Source: Octopus sinensis (Eukaryota). Taken from it: 6,367 bases of DNA. Below the pieces are notes generated by a model. The model did no database searches and was not told the DNA's origin. It saw only the letters and a list, made by a program, of their open reading frames with translations. The DNA lies in NCBI RefSeq assembly GCF_006345805.1, contig NW_021829385.1:1-6367 (forward strand). The letters are read 5' to 3'. This document shows, in pieces, positions 1-6,140 of the stretch (positions are counted from its first letter, which is position 1; every line of letters begins with the position of its first letter). A program made the position numbers and the translations under genes.

Positions 1-64
<64 letters not shown>
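1..64. repeat. (TC)5 followed by (TA)n microsatellite
   Basis: Directly visible perfect dinucleotide runs, followed by degenerate TA/TC/TATG low-complexity sequence to ~178. Confidence 0.97.
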
Positions 65-68
<4 letters not shown>

Positions 69-178
69 GATAGATATGTATGTATCTCTTTCCTTCTCTC
101 TATATATTTAGTGTGTATGCATGTACGTCTCTCTCTATATATACATGTATATCTATGTATATATGTAATATAGAGAGA

Positions 179-431
179 GGTGCATGCGTGGCTGTGTGGT
201 ATGTAGCTTGCTTGCTTGCTTACTAGCCACACGATTCCGAGCTCAGTCCCATTGTTGGGAACCTTGGGCAAGTGTCTTCTACTGTAGTCTCAGGCTGACT
301 AAAACCTTTTGAATGGATTTGGTAGACAGAAACTGAAAGGGGCCAGTCGTGTATGTTTATGTTTGTGTCTGTGTTTTCTCCCCCACAACATCGCTTGACA
401 ACCGAGGCTGGTGTGTTTACGTCCCCGCAAC
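179..431 (+). mobile_element. tRNA-derived SINE, family A (CORE-like), 3'-truncated
   Basis: A-box-like TGGCTGTGTGG at 189-199 and degenerate B-box GAGCTCAGTCCC at 239-250. Carries the MIR/CORE-like motif ACCTTGGGCAAGTG. Collinear with the reverse complement of the copy at 4445-4778 (e.g. GGTGTGTTTACGTCCCCG, TTTGGTAGAC.GAAAC). (GCTT)4 slippage lies between the boxes. Confidence 0.9.
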
Positions 432-830
432 ATTATATATGCATATAAATGTTTGTATCTTTGTATGTGTATGTATGTTTGTATAGTTCTATGTGTATAT
501 ATATATATATGTTTGTATGTATGTATTAGTGTATGTATATATATATGTATGTGTGTATATGTATGTATATATATATGTATGTGTGTATATGTATGTATAT
601 ATATATGTGTGTGTATATGTATGTGTGTATATGTATGTATGTGTATGTATGTGTATGTATATATGTGTATGTATGTATATGTGTATATATATATATATGT
701 ATGTGTATATATATGTATGTATGAGTGTACGTATGCATTTTTACAAGCTTGTATGTATGTCTGCATGTGCACATGCGTAATGAACGTGTGTATATGCGGT
801 GCAAATATGCCTATGCGTGTTTATATGATC
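432..830. repeat. Compound (TA)/(TG)/(TATG)n microsatellite containing a 30-bp higher-order repeat
   Basis: Alternating purine-pyrimidine tract. The unit GTATGTATATATATATGTATGTGTGTATAT is exact at 531-560 and 561-590 and near-exact from 591. It explains ORFs 299..772, 411..845, 493..780, 526..804 and 533..724. Confidence 0.97.
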
Positions 831-935
831 TACTCAACTTCCTAATAAATTAGATAATTAACTAGTCATTAAGAAAGCGATAAGTTCATCCGGAATCAGG
901 ATATTACCAGGCATATACATATATGTGGCTAGTAA

Positions 936-1322
936 TACAGTATATATAAAAGTAAGGTTGTGTGCTGTCTGTCTCCTACGATTTAGATTCCTAACTACTC
1001 CCACATTTTGCGGTGCAGTTTAACCAAAACCGGGTATCTTATAGTCGTGATTCATGTCGAGCCCTGCTGGGTATTAGCGCGCGTCTACGATGAGTCTACG
1101 ATTAAAAAAAAATTACCATCATTTTTCCCATTTATAATGCATTTGGCATATATAAGGGAAGTAGCTCTCTAAAAATGTATTATTAAATCTCAGAACGTAA
1201 AAAGCTACAGTACACCCCCCTTGTGGTTAGGCATATTGAGATGGCTATTATACTTTAATCTCTAAAAATGCTTATATAGTTATTCCCTTACAAACCCGAG
1301 CAACGCGGGGCGATACTGCTAG
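936..1322 (+). mobile_element. Non-autonomous Helitron-like element
   Basis: 3' end has a GC-rich imperfect hairpin CCCG-AGCAACG-CGGG (1295-1309) 9 nt upstream of CTAG (1319-1322), followed by T, the canonical Helitron 3' signature. The 5' region starts with TATATATAAAAG and a short GTCT repeat, typical of such elements. No canonical 5' TC is visible, so the left boundary is uncertain (936-946). No coding capacity. Confidence 0.75.
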
Positions 1323-1564
1323 TACAGTATATTAGTAGAAAATCTTTCAACACCCTACATTTTCTTTGAGTGCCAATTTATGCAACATTTTCGTTAATTC
1401 TGAGATGTTTGTCTGTTGAATATGTCTGTCCAATGGTTTTGCATCGATCTACTACAAATCACGAAATATTTCCCCACTAAAATTTCATAACTATGGGTCC
1501 TGAGTTCACCCAGATCAACGCAAGTTGCTTCTTGCTATAGCATCTGCGTATGTACGACTTCAGG

Positions 1565-1767
1565 TCAGCGTCGATAAATTTTTGAAGTACGGCGGTGTTT
1601 GTCGATTATGGTGACCTCTCCGTTCTTGACTTTGTACTTTATTGTATTGATCCTGGAGATAAGGAAGCCAAATTTGATCTTACGGGTATTTGACACTGAG
1701 CCTTCAGTGCCAAAACGAATACTACTTGGCGTTTTTATTTTACGCCGCTCTAACGATTCTGCCAAAT
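1565..1767 (-). CDS. Speculative terminal exon (exonised SINE) encoding a basic 66-aa stretch
   Basis: The frame is open across the whole old SINE. Possible acceptor CAG at 1770-1768 (phase 1) and TTAAC branch-like motif at 1809-1805. No homology to any protein that I recognise. Confidence 0.13.
1576..1766 (-). mobile_element. Ancient, highly diverged SINE family B copy
   Basis: Collinear blocks shared with younger minus-strand copies in this window: CTAACGATTCTGCCA (cf. 3051-3063 and 5646-5660), ATTTGA, GTACTT, GTCGATTA and AAATTTTT. Identity is roughly two-thirds by eye. Confidence 0.7.
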
Positions 1768-1775
1768 CTGTGTTG

Positions 1776-2036
1776 AACACACACATACACACACACGTGT
1801 GTGTGTTAATGTGTGTGTATGTCTGTCTGTGTTCATGTTTGTGCTTGTGTGTATGTGTGTGTGTTCATGTGTATGTGTGTATGAGTTCATGTGTATATGT
1901 GTCTGTATTCATGTGTATGTGTGCGTGAGTTCATGTGTGTATGTGTGCGTGAGTTTATGTGTGTGTGAGTTCATGTGTATGTGTGCGTGAGTTCATGTGC
2001 GTGTGTGTGCGTGAGTTCATGTGTGTGTGTGAGCAT
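1776..2036. repeat. (CA)n/(TG)n junction followed by a TG-rich minisatellite (unit ~GAGTTCATGTGT(GT)ATGTGTGCGT, 16-24 bp, ~9 units)
   Basis: A TTCATGT/TTTATGT anchor recurs at about 1864, 1886, 1908, 1930, 1954, 1970, 1992 and 2016. Confidence 0.95.
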
Positions 2037-2106
2037 GTATTCGACTATGCGCGTTTGAATTTGCATGTTCGTGTGTGATTATATTCGTATTTGTGCGCCC
2101 GTTGCC

Positions 2107-2217
2107 GCAGCAGCAGTAGTAGCAGCAGCGGTAGAAGTAGTAGTAGTAGCAGAAGCAACAGTAGTGGTGGTCGTGGTAGTGGTAATAGTAGTAGTTGTGG
2201 TCGTGGTAGTAGTAGAA
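2107..2217. repeat. Compound trinucleotide repeat (GCA/GTA/GTG/GTC)n
   Basis: Directly visible. It produces the poly-Val and poly-Thr ORFs 2065..2274 and 2079..2333. Confidence 0.95.
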
Positions 2218-2463
2218 ACAGACAAGTGGAAGCGTAGGTCTAGTAATGCTCTTTTCAATGAATTGGCCACTTGAGACCGTCTGTGCTTAAGTAGTCGTGC
2301 AGCCATTAAGCTATCTTCCATTGCCTCACCCACCCACCCATCAACCTACCTTTATTTGACTCCTGCAACACGTTTACCACACCGCCACCATTACCAGCAC
2401 CTTCATTACCACCACTGCTTCATCCATCCATCATCTCCGATCGCTATCACCCCTACTACATAC

Positions 2464-2560
2464 ACAAGTAGGGGTAACCCATGCCATGTTCATATGTAAC
2501 ACACGCCAGCACCAAAGGAGCAATTAAGATAAGGTAAAACGATATTTTGGTGGACGCCAT
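2464..2560 (-). CDS. Speculative signal-peptide-encoding exon MASTKISFYLILIAPLVLACVTYEHGMGYPYL
   Basis: AAAAATGG start context at 2560, a basic n-region, a 14-residue hydrophobic core and a V-x-A cleavage-like site. Donor-like GTATGT at 2463-2458 (phase 1). Unspliced, the ORF ends after 34 aa. No recognisable homology; T-rich DNA readily gives hydrophobic runs by chance. Confidence 0.2.
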
Positions 2561-2856
2561 TTTTTCTGACTCCCTGATAACAGTAATTCCATTGAATTGC
2601 CAGTTCTGTTAAAACCCAGATGAATTTTGGTGCGGATGATAGGGACCCCATGGGGAGAGTTAGACGTAGAACTTTAGAAAGTATCCTGTGAAGATTTCCA
2701 GGTCCTTAGAAATTTGTTAATACTTAAGATCATTATTTTATTGTTAGTTAACCTCTTGAAATATACAGGTACAACATTAATTTTCCAGAACCTTTGGTTC
2801 CAGAGTCTTTCGGAGTTAATGATTTTTCCGAACCAGGAATGGTCACCGCTGACTTC

Positions 2857-3069
2857 AATATTGGTTTCAAATTTTGTCACAAGGCCAGCAAGTTCAAGGA
2901 AGGGTGTAAGCCGATTGCATCAACCCCAGTGTTCAACTAGTACTTATTTCAAGGACCACGAAAAGGATGAAAGGTAAAGTCCACCTCGGCGCAATTTGAA
3001 TCCAGAAACGTAAAGACAACCAAATGCCGCTGGGAACTTTACCCGGCGCGCTAACGATTCTGTCGGTTC
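2857..3069 (-). mobile_element. SINE family B, near full length, diverged (tail type ...GGCCTTGTG.CAAAATTTGAAACCAATATT)
   Basis: Reverse complement matches the + copy at 3497-3660 (GCAGAATCGTTAGC, CCGAGGT.GACTTT.CCTTTCATCCTTT, AAGTAC). Confidence 0.88.
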
Positions 3070-3080
3070 AACACCTCAGG

Positions 3081-3209
3081 ATATTGATTTCACATTTTGG
3101 CACGAGGCCAGTAACTTCAGGAGAGTGGGTAAGTCGATTACATCGACCTCAGTATTCAACTGGTACTTCGACCTCGAAAGAAGTACCAGTCGACGTCGGT
3201 AGAATCTGA
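3081..3209 (-). mobile_element. SINE family B fragment, 5'-truncated, with internal deletion and fold-back rearrangement
   Basis: Same tail type as 2857-3069. Breaks inside the B box (GAATCTGA). Contains a perfect 11-bp inverted repeat at 3159-3190. Confidence 0.85.
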
Positions 3210-3284
3210 AGCCTCTAAACTGAATATTAAATTTAATTAAATGAAATACAGATACTTGTATTTTAGTATAAATGATACAAATTT

Positions 3285-3420
3285 ATTTTTTTCTACTCTA
3301 GGTTCAAAGTCCGAAATTTTTAGGGGGGGCAGTCGATTAGATCGACCCCAATACACAACTGGTACTTAATGTATCGACCCCGAAAGGATGAAAGGCAAAG
3401 TCGACCTCGACGGAATTTGA
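3285..3420 (-). mobile_element. SINE family B fragment, 5'-truncated, different tail type (...TAGAGTAGAAAAAA)
   Basis: 59/64 identity (counted by hand) between the reverse complement of 3357-3420 and 3563-3626. Breaks inside the B box (GAATTTGA). Confidence 0.9.
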
Positions 3421-3496
3421 GGCCTCTAAACTGAATATTAAATTTAAGTAATTCAATGAACTACGGATATTTGTATATTAATTATTTGGTTGGTGC

Positions 3497-3903
3497 TGGC
3501 AGAATCGTTAGCACGCCGGGCGAAATGCTTAGCAGTATTTCGTCCGCCGCCACGTTCTGAGTTCAAATTCCGCCGAGGTCGACTTTGCCTTTCATCTTTT
3601 CGGGGTCGATTAAATAAGTACCAGTTACGCACTGGGGATCGATGTAATCAACTTAATCCATTTGTCTGTCCTTGTTTGTCCTCTCTGTGTTTAGCCCCTT
3701 GTGGTTAGTAAAGAAATAGGTGTTTCGACTGTCTTTACGTTCTGAGTTCAAATTCCGCTGAGGTCGACTTTGTCTTTCATCCTTTCGGGGTCGATTAAAT
3801 AAGTACCAGTTACGCACTGGGGATCGATGTAATCAACTTAATCCATTTGTCTGTCCTTGTTTGTCCTCTCTGTGTTTAGCCCCTTGTGGGTAGTAAAGAA
3901 ATA
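3497..3903 (+). mobile_element. SINE family B head-to-tail dimer flanked by the 14-bp TSD TATTTGGTTGGTGC
   Basis: A-box-like TGGCAGAATCG at 3497-3507 and B-box GAGTTCAAATTCC at 3559-3571. Segments 3552-3718 and 3737-3903 are 167-bp direct repeats with 4 mismatches (period 185). TSD copies are at 3483-3496 and 3904-3917. Confidence 0.95.
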
Positions 3904-3936
3904 TATTTGGTTGGTGCATAATTATTGCGGTTTTTT
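3904..3936. mobile_element. Solo mariner terminal inverted repeat (Hsmar1/MADE1-like) preceded by a TA target dinucleotide
   Basis: TA+TTTGGTTGGTGCATAATTATTGCGGTTTT aligns 26/30 with the Hsmar1 TIR TTAGGTTGGTGCAAAAGTAATTGCGGTTTT as I recall it. I found no partner TIR in the window. Confidence 0.8.
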
Positions 3937-4289
3937 TTCAACAAATTTTATTCAACAAAAACAATAACAATATTTAAGAAAAACATCTTTAAGTGATTAT
4001 TTTCTTATTTGCTTCTCTCTGGAAATCAAAGGAAATTACTATTATTCCCTTCAAACTTTGCTTTTGTGACTTGGACATCACTGTTTTACAACTGACCTAT
4101 TTGCCATTACATTTCAGACATTTCTTTCATTGACTGTATAATGTAAAATTCCTTAGGGTCGGTTTCTAGGGTTTCCATAGCGTATGTATACGGCCAGCTG
4201 TTGATATAATACCAATTGTTACATAAGAAATTATTATGAAAATTTTCAGCTATTTTCATATTTCACAGTTAATAATAAAGAACATTTTA

Positions 4290-4335
4290 TCTCTCTCTCT
4301 GTCTCTCTCTCTGTCTCTTTCTCTCTCTCTGTCTG

Positions 4336-4373
<38 letters not shown>

Positions 4374-4402
4374 CGTATGTATGTATGTATGTACGTATGT
4401 AT
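4290..4402. repeat. (CT)n/(CTGT)n pyrimidine-rich tract followed by (GTAT)n
   Basis: Directly visible. It gives the SLSLSL run of ORF 4236..4547. Confidence 0.97.
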
Positions 4403-4444
4403 GGTGATGCAAACAGGAAAACAGAACTCTAAATATGGGTATAT

Positions 4445-4778
4445 ACTCTTTACTCTTTTACTCTGTTTTCAGTCATTTGACTGCGGCCATGCTGGAGTAC
4501 CACCGCCTTTAGTCGATCACATCGACCCCGGGACTTATTCTTTGTAAGCCCAGTACTTATTCTATCGGTCTCTTTTAGCCGAACCGCTAATTACGGGGAC
4601 GTAAACACACACCAGCATCGGTGTCAGCAATGCGAGGGGGACAACCACAACACACAAACACACACACATAATACGACAGCTTTTTCGTTTCCGTCTACCA
4701 AACCACTCACAAGGCATTGGTCGGCCCGGGCTATAGCAAAAGACCTTGCCCAAGATGCCACGCAGTGGGATTGAACCC
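4445..4778 (-). mobile_element. tRNA-derived SINE, family A, with intact 3' tail, truncated at the B box
   Basis: On the minus strand: B-box GGGTTCAATCCC, CORE-like ATCTTGGGCAAG, an internal (TG)n, and a tail of short tandem repeats (GAGTAAAA/GAGTAAA). Collinear with 179-431. Confidence 0.92.
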
Positions 4779-4852
4779 ACTGTATATTTTTTCATTAATA
4801 TTTAGCAGAAGTAACACAGTGGCTTAAGGGCCGAAAGTTTCGTGCGTTGGCT

Positions 4853-4854
<2 letters not shown>

Positions 4855-4890
<36 letters not shown>

Positions 4891-4981
4891 CTCTCTCTCC
4901 TCTCTCTCACTCTCTTTCTCACACACACACCAAGACAATATATTATATATAGACAGACAGACAGATAGATAGATGGATAGG
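4855..4981. repeat. Compound (CT)n, (AC)n, (AT)n, (AGAC)n, (AGAT)n microsatellite
   Basis: Directly visible. Confidence 0.95.
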
Positions 4982-5287
4982 AGATCGACAGGGAGGGGGG
5001 ATGTTTAAGCCCAGAATTATCCTGTGTTGTCCGTGCTATATGCGCACATTTCTGTGGGGTGAAAGAAGGTAGCGGAGTGGAGGCCGTATGCAACCTATGT
5101 GTTGCGATGACGAGTTAAGTGTAAATAATAAACCAGCTACCCCTAATCCATCCCCCACACACACTCCTTGTTTACGGTGCATTTCGATCGATCCCTTAGT
5201 ACCCCCGATACAACACACGCACGCACATACACGTGTATGTATGTATGTGCTTATCTATTTGCTTGCCATACACGTGCACAGTAAAAT

Positions 5288-5503
5288 ATTATTTATTTCT
5301 TTATTGCTCACAAGGGGCTAAAAATAGAGTGGCAAACAAGACAGACAGACAGACAGGAATTAAGTCGATTACATTGATCGCAGTGCGTAACTGGTACTTA
5401 TTTAATCAACCCCGAAAGGATGAAAGGCAAAGTCGACCTCGGCCCAGAACGTAAAGACAGACGAAAAACTGCTAAGCATTTCGCCCGGCGTGCTCACATT
5501 TCT
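5288..5503 (-). mobile_element. SINE family B copy lacking the B box
   Basis: Reverse complement of the 3497-3718 type. GGAATTTGAACT is replaced by a single C at ~5444 (compare 5581-5600). (AGAC)n expansion at 5340-5355. Confidence 0.92.
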
Positions 5504-5672
5504 TATTTCTTTATTGCCCACAAGGAGCTAAACAGAGAGGACAAACAAGGACAAACAAAGGATGAAAGGCAAAGTCGACCTCGGCGGAATTTGAACTCAT
5601 AACATAAAGACAGACGAAAATCTTCTAAGCATTTCGCCCGGCGTGCTAACGTTTCTGCCAGCTCGCTGCCTT
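5499..5672 (-). mobile_element. SINE family B copy with intact tRNA head but a ~60-bp central deletion
   Basis: Minus-strand head AAGGCAGCGAGCTGGCAGAAACGTTAGCACGCC with B box present. ACAAAC is joined directly to AAAGGATGAAAGG at ~5555-5560. Confidence 0.92.
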
Positions 5673-5681
5673 ACAGTAAAG

Positions 5682-6016
5682 TATCAGGTCATCCCATAAG
5701 TTCTGTTCGAATTTTGAATAAAGAAAACAAGTGATCAAATGTTATATTTAACTGAAATTTAATCATCAATGTACTTTCCCTGCTTATCTATGACTTCCTT
5801 CCATCTATTTACAAGCATTTTAATCCCATCAATGTAAAACTCTTTTGGTTTCTAATCGAAGAGCTCTGAAATCTCAGTTTCGATCTCCTCTTGGCTTGCG
5901 AAAGTTATGTCCCACAAATAATTCTGTAAACTACGAAACAAACGGTAGTCTGAAGGAGCAAGGTCGGGAGAATAAGGTGGATGAGGAATTTTTTCCCAAC
6001 CAAGCTCTTCGATCTT
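5682..6016 (-). mobile_element. 5'-truncated mariner (Tc1/mariner, DD34D-type) DNA transposon remnant with right TIR
   Basis: TA at 5682-5683, TIR-like TCAGGTCATCCCATAAGTTCTGTTCGAATTTT from 5684, then a ~45-bp spacer and the transposase C-terminus. Confidence 0.88.
5759..6016 (-). pseudogene. Mariner transposase C-terminal fragment
   Basis: KIEELGWEKIPHPPYSPDLAPSDYRLFRSLQNYL...ELFD*KPKEFYIDGIKMLVNRWKEVIDKQGKYIDD*. It has the mariner YSPDLAPSD motif including the third catalytic Asp. One in-frame TAG at 5854-5852; the frame continues 30 more codons to the natural stop at 5761-5759. Confidence 0.93.
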
Positions 6017-6140
6017 AGAAGTACATATAAATACTACTAATGGGTACCACAGTGAAATCTGAAGGTGGACGCGCTTTATACTGTGCTCTACATTCTTAAC
6101 AGAATATCCTATAACTATATATATATATAATGTATAAACC

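Noticed and set aside
179-260. Bona fide tRNA genes at the A/B-box sites
   Set aside because: No complete cloverleaf, and each continues into multi-copy SINE body sequence.
299-845. Five long His/Ile/Tyr/Thr- or Val/Cys/Met/Tyr-rich ORFs
   Set aside because: They are translations of a TA/TG microsatellite, which lacks stop codons in most frames. Not evidence of coding.
861-933. Second Helitron 3' end (GCTAGT at 928-933)
   Set aside because: No convincing subterminal hairpin at the right distance.
1599-1990. Plus-strand ORFs 1599..1928 and 1799..1990
   Set aside because: They are the antisense of an old SINE plus (TG)n repeat.
2065-2333. Poly-Val ORF and mucin-like poly-Thr ORF
   Set aside because: Both strands are open only because of the (GTA/GTG/GCA)n repeat. 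The flanks have no protein-like features.
3024-3708. ORFs 3024..3209 and 3490..3708 (also 4562..4795, 5233..5454, 5420..5602)
   Set aside because: They lie within SINE copies, and the peptides are chance SINE translations.
3552-3903. Direct repeats suggesting a CRISPR-like array
   Set aside because: There are only two 167-bp units and they are SINE bodies. No short repeat/unique spacer periodicity, no cas genes, and the context is eukaryotic.
4150-4200. Possible fragment of a third SINE family (GGGTCGGTTTC...CATAGCGTATGT)
   Set aside because: It is short, has no second copy in the window, and rests only on vague recall. It needs a Dfam/Repbase search.
4800-4855. GGCCGAAAGTTTCG as part of a hammerhead ribozyme
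   Set aside because: A scan by eye found no CTGANGA core on either strand nearby.
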